A stretch of 64,000 nt of DNA from the human T2T-CHM13v2.0 reference genome, Homo sapiens: the NCBI RefSeq assembly GCF_009914755.1, contig NC_060930.1; one strand, written 5' to 3'. The translations under genes were made by a program, and so were the position numbers. Under the pieces are notes generated by a model that made no database searches, was not told the DNA's origin, and saw only the letters and a list, made by a program, of their open reading frames with translations. This document shows, piece by piece, positions 1 through 13,118 of this stretch; position 1 is the first letter of the stretch, and each line of letters begins with the position of its first letter.

Positions 1-1373
1 AGCCAACGTCATTGCTGCCCCCCCCCCCAACCCCATGTCTACATGCACCCACTAAGTTTTCATATCTCTCATGAGCGTCAATCATCAGAAAAGATACTTG
101 GATAGCATGTTAATAGTATATTGCTAAATATGCTTCCACTTAAAAAAAACACCATATTAAAAGGTTCAATTAAAGATGCTAACTGACAAGTTTTATAATA
201 TCTGTGGGTATTTGCGGGATATTTCAGTTTAATTTAGACCAATGGGTAGATCTAGTGGGATAAGGGAATTTTGGTGGGGGCAGGGTATGCAGCATGATCT
301 CGGCAGCAGAGCCAAGGCAGTCTCTGCGCTTTGTCCCAACTCAGAGTCATTTCCTCCTTCTTTCTCCCTCACTTCCCACTCGAGGTCAAAGCATAGGGTT
401 GTCCTAACAGACCAACCAGGCTGCAGAGATTAATGCATGCATCAGTTTGACAAGATTGCCACCCCAGAGAAAGAGAGGCCCTCTTCCCAAACAAAGACCA
501 TCCCAGAGGCCCTCTTCCCAAACAAAGATTGGAGAGATTTTTCTGTGTGTCTCCAGTCATCTCCAGGAAGAATCTCAAAATAGGCCAAGGTCACAGGCCA
601 CACTTTTCAGTGTAGGGAGGGAATCACCAGCTGTCTTGGGTGATTTCCCCCTGATTTTTACTGCCTAAAAATTCTCCCTGTTGCCTGTCAACATGATTTC
701 ATTCTTGTTCTAACCAAGTTTTATACAGAAAGAAAGAATCATTTCTCTATCCTCCTGGCAATTTCCAGTGACCCCAAAAAACTCTGCAAGAAGGGAGAGG
801 CATTACCAAACACTCAGGCATCCTGCCTTTAAAGTTCCTTGGACCGACCCCCTGTTTGGGCCATTGCTGCCCCCTGAAATCTCAAAGAATGTCACACCAT
901 AGGCCATCGGTCCAGATGGACAGTCTGATCCTGATGAAAAAGTTATAGGTAATATACAAAGTTGAATGGTGAATTAAACAGCATCAATGCCTGACACTGG
1001 ACCATACATTTGCACAAGTCATCTTATCAATGAAAGGGGCCTTGAAGACCATCCAGGCCACCAAGCCCCTGCTCACAGCAGTGTTCCTGACCATTTATCC
1101 TCTGGTCTCTGCTCCAACAGGACGTTCCCCAGGTCCCAACATAGCCTGCTTCATTGTCAAGAAGGTCTGACTGTTAGAAAGTTCCCTCTCTATTAAAAGT
1201 TTTACTTACTGAAATTTGTATCTGCCCCTTCCCGATCTTATTTCTAATCTTCCTTTCCTGTAAAAGGCTTTTAAATCTTTGAAGATAGCTACCATTCCCT
1301 TCATTTAAGGACTTCTCTAGATCTTATACCATCTTGTTCGTGTTCCCCTGAGATTATACCAAATCTGCTCTGA

Positions 1374-1705
<332 letters not shown>

Positions 1706-1899
1706 CAGAGAAGTTCTTAGACACTACCTTGCCTAAGCCTGCTTGATGGCACTAAACAATGGCGTGGTTATTTACAGCTTTGGCTCACAAGATTTGGGGG
1801 AAGGAGCTAGAATCCACTTGAAGCAAATTTAAAGGGTCATATTTATTCAAAATCACAGGGTTGCCCTAGGCAGTGGGGTCCGAGCTGGTGGCATCACAC

Positions 1900-2160
1900 A
1901 CCCCTACTTCAGGACAAAGTGTGTGGGTTCCAGAATTAACTGCCGGAGTTTGAGTCTTAGACACACCACGTATTAGCTGTGTGACCCAAAGCGTATGGCT
2001 CAACCTCTTTTTGATTTTCATGCCTTATCTGTAAAATAAAAATAATCATAATGCCAGCAGCCTCATTAGGGTCATTTGTAAGGATCAAATTATTTAATGA
2101 ATCCAAATCAGTGGGGTTATTGCATGTCACACAGTAAGCAAATGGTATTGAACATTAGCC
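1900..2160 (+). mobile_element. MIR fragment
   Basis: MIR core-like: tagctgtgtgacc...aacctct...atctgtaaaat...taata. Confidence 0.6.
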
Positions 2161-2493
2161 AGCATGGAAAATTTGTCTTCAGTGACCCTAGAATGGTTTG
2201 GGTAAGTCTGTTTGTTTGGGTAAGTTTCCTCAAATTAGATTATCTTCATTCCCCTCACCCTGGTGAGCCACATCTTTTGGAAGATGATGGTTTATCATTT
2301 CTTTTTTTTTTTTTTTTTTTTTGCATTGAGATTTCCCCTCAACTTTCCATTCTAATAAATAACACTGCATTTTTTCCCCATTTTTGTACTTAAATCTTTG
2401 CTAGCCTTTACTCTTGTTCTTAAGAAACAAGCTTTTCTTAAAGTCATTAAAGAGTTGAATTCATGATTATTTAGTGACCCTGTTGTGGAACAA

Positions 2494-2712
2494 CTTTTTA
2501 TTTGTTTATTTTTATTTTTATTTCAATCGTTTTTGGGAAACAGGTGGTTTTTGGTTACATGGATAAGTTCTTTAGTGGTGATTTCTGAGGTTTGGGTGCA
2601 CCCATCACCCGAGCAGTGTACACTGTACCCAGTGTGTAGTCTTTTATCCCTCACCAGCCTCCCACCCCTCCCCCTGAGTCCCCAAAGTCCATTATATCAT
2701 TTTTATGCCTTT
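2494..2712 (-). mobile_element. L1 3' end fragment (L1PB-like)
   Basis: caggtggtttttggttacatggataagttctttagtggtgatttctgag...gcagtgtacactgtaccc typical of the L1PB 3' UTR. Confidence 0.8.
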
Positions 2713-2941
2713 GTTATCATTTCAAAGATGATGCAGTGTTTTTATTTTTAATATCTGCAGTAAGCTCCGTGATCTAGTTGGCATCAATCCTAGAAGTCAG
2801 ATGTAAAGTCCTAATCAGGACGCCGTTTCTTTCTGATCTTAATTCGGCTGATCTCTGTGTTCCAGTCTCCTATTAGTAAAATGAAGGTGGAATGTGGATC
2901 CATGTGGACCCTGAAGGAATTTTAGGAAGATTCTTAATGGA

Positions 2942-4530
2942 ATGCACTTTAAAGAAGTCTTTCCCTTCTCAATTAAAGGCAACTTCACACTTTCAGTCGC
3001 TCATGCCAAAGACCTGGAGTCACCCTTGACCCCTTCCTTTCTCTGGTTCCCCACATCTGACTGTCCGCAAATCCTGTCTGGTCCACACTGTACATACACA
3101 GGGATAAGACCAACACTTCTACATGCTCCTTCTTCTCCTGCCTGAGCCTCAGTCGGCCTTGCCTGGCTTACTGCAGTTTCTCCCACCTGTTCTTCTGTGT
3201 CCACACCTGCTCTGCAGCCCATCCCCACTACAACAGCAAAAGAGACAGGGTTTGAGGAAAGTCAGATCGTGACTGTCTTTGTCTGCAAGGACTGCCATTT
3301 AAAAAAACACACACACACACAATGCGTGACTTAGATGACAGAAATTTATTGTCTTTCAGTTCTGGACGCTAGAAGTCCGAGATCAAGGTGCCAACAGGGT
3401 TGGTTTCTCCTGGGGACTCTCTTCTTGGCTTGTAGGTGGTGTCTTCTCTCTGTGTCCTCACGTGGTCTTCCCTCTGTGTGTGGTTGTTCCTCATCTCTGC
3501 TTATAAGGACACCAGTGATAGTGGATTAGGGCCCACACCACTGACATCATTGTAACTCCCTCACCTCTTTAAAGACCCTACTTCCAAATACAGTCACATT
3601 CTGAGGCACTGGGACTTAGGACTTCAACATATGAATTTATCTGGGGACACTGCTCAGCTCTTAACAATGTCTGTGCCCAAAATGCTTCTGTCGCTGTCCA
3701 ACTCACTAAGAGTAAAAAGCAAAATCCTCCCCATGGCCCAGAAGCCCACACCCACTCCAAGTTCTTTTGCAAAGAAAAATCTACTTACTCTTCAAGACAT
3801 TATTAAAATACCAGGTCCTCTGTGACCCCTTCTCAGATTCTGGTACAGATCTCTGCCCTCCTGCACACACCCCTTTTGCATACTTGCATCAGGTTATGTG
3901 TTTCTCTCTATATTCTGTCTTTAATGTGGACAGGAACCATCCTTGTCTCCTCATCTGCTATGGTTTGAGCGTCTCTTCTCCAAAATTCAGGGTTGAAACC
4001 TGAGTATTAACGGACTGCCCCTGTGGTCTCCCTCGCTTCATCAGCTCCCCTCTCTGTTGCTCCCTCCTCCCTCACACAGCGGCCTTCCCACCATTCTCGC
4101 ACATTCTCGGACATTCTCGGACGTGCCGGACACCTCCTGACGGGGCCTTGGCACTGGCTGTTCCCCTGGACGGACTGCCCTTCCCTCAAATATCCTCAGG
4201 GCTCCTACACTCACCTGCCTCGGGTCTCTACTCAAATGTCACATCCTCAATGAGGCCCTTCCCGTTCAATATTGCAACCCTCCTCGCAACACAGCCTGTT
4301 CCCCAGCTCCTTTTATTCCTATCAAAGCATTTTTCACCATCTAACGTTTTGTGTCATTTGCCTTTCATTCGGTTTGTTGCTCTTCTCACCTAATAGAACA
4401 TACAGTCCACAAGGGCAGGAACTGTTTTGTTCATGGCTGTATCCAGAGTGCCTACAACAGGGCCTGGCTTATAGGTTTGAGTGAGTGAGTGAGTGAGTGA
4501 GTGAGTGAAAGAATAACTGAATGAATGGAG
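2942..4530 (+). mobile_element. L2 3' portion, interrupted by an MLT1 LTR and a templated insertion
   Basis: L2-like segments (ctcaaatgtcac...gaggcc, cagggcctggc...tgaatgaatg end; (GAGT)n tail). Confidence 0.7.
3275..3666 (-). mobile_element. MaLR solo LTR (MLT1B-like)
   Basis: cagaaatttattgtc...gaagtccgagatcaaggtg...ttataaggacaccagt...ccaaatacagtcacattctgagg...taaca. Confidence 0.85.
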
Positions 4531-4926
4531 AGCCTCTCATAGCTGCAGTGATATTCTTTCACTTATTAATCTGCTTCCTATTGATGGATTGAGTTCTCAC
4601 AAGGCATATGTTATATAAATATTAAGCAGTATTAGTGGTCTTTAACCTTTTATATTTTCTTTATTCTAACAATTTGAACTGTTCCCTCTGTTTGGAATGC
4701 ACTCTCTTACATCCTGTCCTCTACCACCCAGAGCAGCTTCTTTCACAAAGAAAAATTCTTGTTCTTCAAGACATTAAAATACCAGGTCCTCTGTGATCCC
4801 TTCTCAGATTCCCATACAGAGCTCTGCCCTCCTGCACACACCCCTTTTGCATACTTGCAACAGGTTATGTGTTTCTCTGTATATTCTCTCTTTAATGTGG
4901 ATGGGAACCATCCTTGTCTCCCCATT

Positions 4927-5290
4927 TGCTATGGTTTGAGTGTCTCTCCTCCAAAATTCAGGAGTTGAAACTTAATGGCCAATGTCTTAGTATTAACAAG
5001 TGGGGCTTTGAAAAGGTGATTAGGCCATGAGGGCTCCTCCCTCATGAACGACATTAAGACCCTTGTGAACTGGACTTCACACAGCAGCATAAAGCCCTCT
5101 TGGCCTTCCACCATGTGAGCGTGCCGCGTTTCTCCCAGCCAGAGGCTGCAGCCCTCACCAGACAGCCAAACCTGCCAGCGCCTTGATCTTGGACTTTCCA
5201 GCCCCGACAACTGTGAGGAAATACATTTCTGTTCTTCTTAAATTACCCAGTCTTGGGTATTTTATTATAGCAGCACAAATGGGCCACAAT
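4927..5290 (+). mobile_element. MaLR solo LTR (MST family, MSTB/MSTD-like), sense to the gene
   Basis: Starts tgctatggtttgagtgt; contains ccctcaccagac...cttgatcttggactt; ends aattacccagtc...tatagcagcacaaat. Confidence 0.85.
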
Positions 5291-5444
5291 CTGCCATAGT
5301 ACCTGTCATGTAGGAAGTATTCTGAAACTATTTATGGAGTGGGTTTCATTAAAAGTTACTCTAATCTTTGAAATAGAAAAATATCTTACTTTTATGATCA
5401 ATGTTTTGTTACAAACTGTCTCAATTATAGAAACAGGCTTTTGC

Positions 5445-5608
5445 ATACTTACCTGGCAGTGGAGATACCATGATCACGAAGGTGGTTTTCCCAGGGCGAG
5501 GCTTATCCATCGCACTCCGGATATGCTGACCCCTGCGATTTTCCCAAATGTGGGAAACTCGACTGCATAATTTGTGGTAGTGGGGGACTGTGCTTGCGCT
5601 TTCCCCTG
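5445..5608 (+). pseudogene. RNU1-11P: Full-length (164 nt) U1 snRNA processed pseudogene
   Basis: ATACTTACCTGG...CTTTCCCCTG matches U1 with about 7 substitutions. A-tail from 5609; perfect 16-bp TSD AGAAACAGGCTTTTGC (5429-5444 / 5631-5646). The symbol is from memory of the locus and is less certain than the U1 call. Confidence 0.95.
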
Positions 5609-8600
5609 AAAAAAAAAAAAAAGCAAGAAAAGAAACAGGCTTTTGCTGAGGATCCACTCCTGCTTCCCCTGTTGGGCCATTCCTGTTGTGTTGTGTTTGA
5701 TGTTAGAAACAACGTACAAAGTTCCTCCCTTAAAATTAAATCTAGATCTTTACTTGTCATGCCTGATAATATCAAACTAGAGCTCCAGATACTATAATTT
5801 TGATTATGAACTTTAGCCATCATTGAAGTACATCGTCCCTTCTTATTAATTCTCTTGGAGCAAATCCTTCATGAATGATAAAATGGGAGAGGGGTCATCA
5901 TCCTTAGCTAAGGTAGGGATGCTAAGATCGCTAAGGTGTAGGGAATCGTATTTGATAGTTCAGCTCTATCCAGTGTCCTTAGACTAAACCTGAAAGTTAA
6001 CTTCCAGAATTTTACGCTGAGACCTGAAAAATAGGAGCAATCATGTAAGGAGGAGAAAGGCAATGCGGGTACATTCTAGACGGATTAGAGGAAGGAGTGT
6101 GTTGGTAGACCAGGTGAGTTCACATGGGAAGAATAATTGAAATCTCTGAGTTTGATCTAAAAAGGCTAAATATGAATGAGTTTTTGTTACTAGTATCATT
6201 CATGCATGCTATCAACTGATGCAAAATATCAATAGATATTTTTAATGATGCCTTCTTTACACCCAGTGAGTTTTAGTTTAGGAAAATTTTAAGTACCATA
6301 CATTTAGTTCTGATGGAAATTGCCACCTATGGGCCTTAAAAATGAAAAAATAAATACGTTTCTAATAAATTCATTCTTTATCTACCTCTTCCTGTCCCAA
6401 AGTCCCTGAGCAGCTAAATGAAGAAAGCACTGACATTTGCCAGGAAAAAATTTCAGGCAATTACTGACTTGTAAACCTTGAATGAAAACAGGCCCTGCAA
6501 AAAGAAAGGATGGTACCTGTGTTTGCTTAGCAAATGGAAGATCCACCAATTCTTTGCTGAGTACATTTTCTAGACCAGGCTCCGTGCTTGGCACTGGGGA
6601 TGTAACAGTGAACAAAATACAGAAGATAACCCTCAGTGCAGCTTAGAACCTGCTGGGAGTATAGACTGGACAGATCAGTACCCATGAGAGTGCAGGGAGG
6701 GAGAAGAATGTGCAACAGGAATGTCAACTGGTCTATGAAATTCGGAGTTGTCTTCTCTGAAGAACTGCATTTAAACTAAAAGCTAAAAGAGAGGAATAAC
6801 CAGATGGAGAGGAGAATGGGAATGAGAGAACATTTAGGCAGATTAGAGGAAGGGGTGATATACTGTCTCCAGATAGAGAATGAGGTTTTTGATAAGAAAA
6901 GGGAGTTGGCATTTGTTTTCCAGGTTTTTAGAAGACATAGCATAGAGAATGAGATTGATGACGTAACATTGTAATCAGATATAAGGAAGAACCCAAGAGC
7001 CAACAGAGAGGACACTGAATATTTTTTAAGAAAAATCAGGCTAATAGGAGTCCCAAATGGTTTACTCATGTACTTATGTAAAGAAAAACCATACAGGTCG
7101 GATCAGCTGCTAAGGACATATCCAACTCTAACTGCAGATTAGATATATTGAAGTAGGTTAACTGTAATGTGAAATTTTGGAGAAGTAGAATGGCTTTACC
7201 TCTGCTGGCATAGTCAGTGTACATCTGTGTTAACATGGATAAGCCAGTCCAATCTGGATGATCAACTAGATGCAGGAAAGTTCCAGAGTCGTCTTGAACT
7301 CTTAGCAACACCCATTGATCACTGCATGCCAAGCATTGTGATAGGCACAGAGTAACAAAGCAATCTTTCCTTTAAAATTATAACATTGATAAGTTTATAC
7401 GAATAGTTTATTATTTCTTATAATGTCCCCTTTTTACATTTACATATTAGCTAGAGATGAATTTGTCAAGAATATTGAAAAAGGAATCATTTTTACATTG
7501 GACAGAAGAAATTGAAATCAGTAGACCCTCAAATCCCTCCAAGCTCTAGAATTCTATTATCCCATGATTATTTTTAGGCCTTTCAAAGAGCACAATACAA
7601 TTTATAATCCTTGGGTAAATACATTTCATGGTTACAATTACTTTTCTTCATGTTGCCTCAAGGGTCACAGGAAATTCTAAAGAATAATTCTTCCTCCTAA
7701 ACTAGATGATCCCTAGGGTTTCTTTTAGCCTTAACAGTCTAAATAATTATTGTATTGGCTTATGTCTGTAATGTTTCACCTGCTAATTAGGGTGTTCCCT
7801 GACAATACACAGATATGAATCAGTGCCTCAGCAAGAATGAAACTCTGAACACCTAGGTGTTGTTTGCTTGTGAAGTGGTGTTGCTTTGTAGTTCCGTGTT
7901 TCTTCATGACATAACAAATGGCCTACATTGTTAAATGAAATATGTTTCCAGGGAAAGATTCTCTTCTTATGGTGATGATCATCTCTTCAAAATCTCACAC
8001 AATTCCAGCTAGACATTTGTCCTTGCCCCTTGGAAGCCAGCACTGTCAATCTCTTACTTTAGGTCAGTTCTTTGATTTTAAAGCCTATATTTATCATCTT
8101 TAATTGCCTACACGTACATGTTGTTTTTCAGATTTAACTGCTATTCCAAGGTACATGATGTGGTTTTAGTGCAAAGTAATGTCATTATGAGCAAGACCCA
8201 TCTTTCCCTATAAGGTTGGCAAGGAAATTGTCTAAGCAATTTCCTAAGTTGCTTAACTTTAAGGAAGTTAAAATGAAACTGTACAAACCATTAACACCTT
8301 TTTAAGACTTAAGAGGATTAAAAAAAGGAAGTGTATTTTCAAAAGAAAGGGAATCTGCTTTTGATTTTTTTTGCTTCAATAGAAATACTGCCCTTTTCCA
8401 ATGCACAAATATTGACTCTTTGATCTTCTTGGAAACCATCGTCCAGAAAGTTTTGCAGATCAAAAATATTAAAACACTAAAGGAAATATTTTAATAAATT
8501 AGTGGGTAATATCTATAATGACTAATTTATGATAAATTGTTGGTGTTGACATGTACTCCTAGTTAAAACGGCAACTCTCAGCATTGTTGTCCAGGAAGCA

Positions 8601-9953
8601 CACTGCACCAGCATTGTCTTCTAATTTCGCAGCTGCCTGGGAGGTGGGCACCTAGGTTTCTCCATTTAACTGATGAAGAGCCAAACACCAAGAGACAAGG
8701 TTAGCAATGGCCCAGCTGGGACTCGCACCATTCTGCTGACTCTCTGTCCTGCCTTTTTAGTACCCATGCTCAGCCAAGCATGCTAGAACACTCACCAGCG
8801 TCTAGGGACAAAGTCAAGTAGAAAAGCCACCACTGGTTTCTCCATCAGAAATAGAGAGTGCTGGGAGGGATGGGCTCTTGGTCAGACTCTGTGTGTCTTA
8901 TGGTTTTGTTCATCACATCCCAATCCCAGATAATATTTCAGAAATGTGGGTCATTGGTCCCTGAAAGGACAGAGGCTGTGAACAAATTAATTTAAATCCA
9001 TTACCACTGCTGAAAAAAAAAACTCAAAATACATTTTCTATTCAGGAAGGCTCAGTACCCTCGTCTATATATAGAACAGCATAGTTTCCTGCTGACTAAA
9101 GTTCAACAAAAAACAAAAGCTTTAATGTTACATGTCTTATCTTAGAAGGCTAATCCTAGGCCATGATAAACCACACAATGTATGCCTGCTTTCTTAAAAA
9201 GAAGCTGATTAACTATTTTCTTAGGCTACATTGGTTATTTCTGCTATTTTTCAGCCTCAGGCACTGCAATTTGCAGCATAATTTCTCACACATTTTTGGT
9301 CTCCAAGAGGAAAGTGGCTGATTATTCTCTCTCCCCTCTGAAAACTCTCTTCATAACTTGTGCAGACTAAATTACAAAAGCTGTTCCTGTTGAAGTTTAA
9401 TTTGGCTTTCAGTGTCATATTTGTAGATAATAAATTTTCTCTGTCCTTTGAGGAGATTAATGTCTTTCTTTTTTTTAACAGTGGATGCATTTAAAATCAG
9501 ATATCAGAAAGCAATATTCCCTTTATTACATGTTTTTCTTTAGAAATGATGGTGAAATGGATCCCACCTATTTTAGAGAAAGATTAAGGATTTAAAAGAG
9601 ACAGTGATTTTCAATTTTATGACCTGCCCTTGATTCCCTACAAGAGTTTCAAAGGTGTTTGCCGGCCAGTAATTCCCCTCCCATGGATGGGTCACAGTGA
9701 TTTCCTACTCATCAGCCTGTACCGTGGAATGGAGATAAAGTGATGATTACAAAGCCCCCTTGAAAAGGGAGTGCCTCTTATAATGACCCAGACTCACTGT
9801 AGATGTCTTGGCATTCATTCCTGTATGAAAGACTGAAAGTAAAGTCTGGGCCTTACCCTTATCCAGTAATGAACATGAAAGATAAGTCAGTGTCTTCATT
9901 TTTGAAGTCTAGAGATCCCTTAAAAATATTCGGCCATTGAAATGGTGGGAAAA

Positions 9954-10165
9954 GGCCAGGCACGGTGGCTCACTCCTGTAATCCTAACAACTTTGGGAGC
10001 CCAGGAGTTTGAGACCAGTCTGGCCAACATAGCGAGACCCCATCTCTACAAAAAAAATAAAAAAATTAGCCAGGTATGGTGACACCTGTTAGTACAAGCT
10101 ACTCAGGAGGCTGAGGTGGGAGGATTGCTTGAGCCCAAAGGTCCAAGGTTGCAATGAGCTATTTA
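9954..10165 (+). mobile_element. Deleted/truncated Alu (AluJ-like)
   Basis: ggccaggcacggtggctcac...gagaccagtctggccaacatagcgagaccccatctctac. Confidence 0.85.
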
Positions 10166-10300
10166 AAAAGAAGAAGAAGAAGAAGGAGGAGGAGAAGAAG
10201 AAGAAGGAGGAGGAGGAGGAGAAAAAGAGGAGGAGGAGGAGGAGGAAAGAGAAGAGAAGAGAAGAGAAGAGAAGAGAAAAGGTAGAAAAAGGGAAAGGAG
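10165..10300 (+). repeat. Polypurine (GAA/GAG/GAGAA)n tract
   Basis: Directly visible. Confidence 0.95.
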
Positions 10301-12199
10301 GCAGAAATGGTTATCTACCCGGGCTCTCAACCTATGCATCTCCTACTTAGTTTAACAGAGTTAAAGAGAAGAGTCGAGTTTTCCAAAAAGAAGGCTTGGT
10401 AAAGGTCATTCTTGGTGGGAACAAGACCAAGGGAATAGAGTACAGCTTTTCACCTCCCTAAGGCATCCTGTAGATGTGATGAGAGGAAGGCAGTTTTAAA
10501 TGTGTGCCTTTTATTGACTCGGGACTGCCATTTTCCTCTCAAGCTTTCCAAATATGTCTCTTTTCAGTGTTTCTTGTGTAAATAGCAAGGCTTCTGTTTT
10601 AGGGATACTTCTGTTCATTATTTTCTGTTCATTTAAGCTGTTCCATCCTCTAGGGGAAAATGAGGATGAAACAAAGTCCTCATCCTTGTGAGCTTACTCG
10701 TTAGTGGGAGCGACAGGTAATAAGCCTGTGAATGTGTAATGTGATGTCGGGCAGGGACGGGGCACTGAAGAACCATCATGCAGGGTCATGGGAGGAGCGT
10801 GGTGGTGATGCCTCTCTATCCTCAAGGAGACGTGTTATTAAAGTGGCCACAACAGATACAAAACCCACTGCACGACCCCTTTTTATCAGCAGCGCTCCGT
10901 TGTGCAAGGCTGGATTATCCAGCCTGGTAATTATTCTGTCCTTCCTCTTGTCGCCTATTCTCTCCGCACACCTACTCACCCCCAGCCATGTGCTACTCAC
11001 ACAAAACTTGTATCCCCAAGTCTAGAATTCAAACCCCCTCCCTGTGTGTTCCATAATAGCGCTCATCATGGGACTCTTCACAGCAAAATTCATAGCAAGA
11101 GAGTAGCTGGATTGTGTGAACATCTGTTATCCTTGCTTTTTGTTATAAAAATATTATAGTCCACGGTTTTTAAAATTTGCGGTATAAATTGCATTTCATA
11201 GTCAGCATATACATCTACAGAAAAAATGATGGGCTTTGCTGATTCTCCAGGAGAAAGCAACATGGTTCATGGAAAGAACACAGGCCCTGGGTGGGAAGAC
11301 CTGAGTTCACATCCTGCTGTGATCACTGCCGAGTGATCACTGTGTTCTCAGAAACCTCATGTCCCCATTCATAAACAATCAAGATAATAACAATACCCTT
11401 CTTAACTCTGCAAGTTTTTGTGGTGATTAAATGAGATGATGAACATTTACAATACGCTTTCATAGGGCACTAAAGGACCATCTGCGGTAGCCATGTGGTG
11501 GTTTTGAAAGATGCTCCTGCTCCTTCATCCTGAGCTGTGGAACCCGCTGGTATCTTTAAGACATTGTGTGGAAATATTCCGAAATGGTGCATCTATCTGT
11601 CCAACATCTTGTGAATATCATGGAATGCTGTTCAGTTTCTGCATGTTCATCCCTATTACATTTGTCAAGAAAATGACATTATTTGGTGCTACCTAGGTGA
11701 TAGGGAGCAGAAATTCATCTGTTTTTCCCTTGGAAAATAATTTAAGGCCTTTGGTCTTTGTTTAAATTCATTATAGAATGTTAGTATAAGAGGAAACCAT
11801 ATAGATCTCATCAAGCTTAATGACGTCACCTTACAAAGCAGCCTAACTTTGGACAGTCTGAATTAAAGTGGGCTGACGGCCTGTGAGTATAGAATTGGAA
11901 ACTGGAATATCATAAGCTCTCTCTGTTACCTCTTCTGTGCAGACACAGTCCTGGAATGAAGGCCACACGGTACCAATGTGCTCTTGCTTGCATAGATCTC
12001 TGTGCCTTAGCTCCTTGAGTTGTCTTCTTAGGAAAAAGACCTCTAGAGCACTATTTCCAAAAATCCTAATGCTCCTTTCACAAAGATAATTTCCCTACAA
12101 CAGCAAGACTCTATCTAAGGGTCAGGGATCCTAATTTTAGCAAATTAAGTAATTGAAAATGTAATGTGGTGTATTCTGATTGTGTGTGACTTCAATTCA

Positions 12200-12860
12200 A
12201 ATATTTGATCAACTTATCCATCAGTTCCAAACACATGTGCAATGTAGAGGTAGAGGCAGGAAGATCATCAGCCTCTGTCTTGGAGAGGCTCACAGTTAAT
12301 TGGCGTGGGGGGTAAATGCTTAGCCTGTAATTATAACATAATGTGGCAGATGCTATAACAAAGCTGGGAACAGAGGCTATGGATGTGCAGAGAAGGGACT
12401 GATTTCCATTGGAAAAATCAGAAAAGGATGCTCAAATGAAATGAGATTTGAGTCATCCCTGAAAGATAGGCAGGATGCTCTCTCTAGGCCAAAATCTGAA
12501 GGGTGAGTTCTGGGGCGGAGCAACTGCAGGAGCAGAGGGAGGAGGCAGGGAAGTCCACAGGGTACTTGGGCAATGGCAAGTGGTCTGATATGGCTGGAAC
12601 CCTAGGAAGATGGTAAGGAATAATAACAAATGAGATTGAAAGGAGTTGGAGGGTCAGATCGTGAGGCACCTCTTAATCCATGCTGTAGAGGGTGGAGTTG
12701 ATCCAGTTTACAATGAGGCCTTTCCTGGCTCTTTTGATTAGGAGAATTACATGATCAGACCAGTTTGACAGCAGAATAGAGGGTGGACTGGGTGGGTGGG
12801 GAGGGGGAGGGTCTGGAAGAAGATTAAAGTTTGCAACCATTGGGGGACCACTACTTCTAC
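12200..12860 (-). mobile_element. L2 fragment
   Basis: Antisense L2-like segments (tgagatttgagtc...tgaaagatagg, tgacatgatcaga-like). Confidence 0.5.
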
Positions 12861-13118
12861 ATAGGCAGTGGTATAGTGACATCAGTAGATCAGGTCCTGT
12901 AGTCTGATGGCCTGAATTCAGTGTCTGCACCCCTCTGGTTGTGTGACCTTGGCCACGTGCCTTTGCATTTTCCCATCTAAAACGGGAAGATCACAATAGT
13001 ACCTATCTCTTAGGATCCTTGTGAGGCTTAAGTGAATCAACACGTGGGACAGTGTGAGCATTTAGAAATGTTAACTTCCATCATCATCTGTAATAATCCA
13101 GTTAGAATGAACAAAGGT

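Noticed and set aside
3767-4968. Two similar ORFs (78 aa and 69 aa) as a duplicated small gene
   Set aside because: The similarity reflects the DNA duplication; starts are non-ATG and ends run into LTR sequence.
5445-5608. Independently transcribed functional U1 gene
   Set aside because: The polyA tail and TSD show retroposition; no PSE/DSE or 3' box was recognisable in the flanks.
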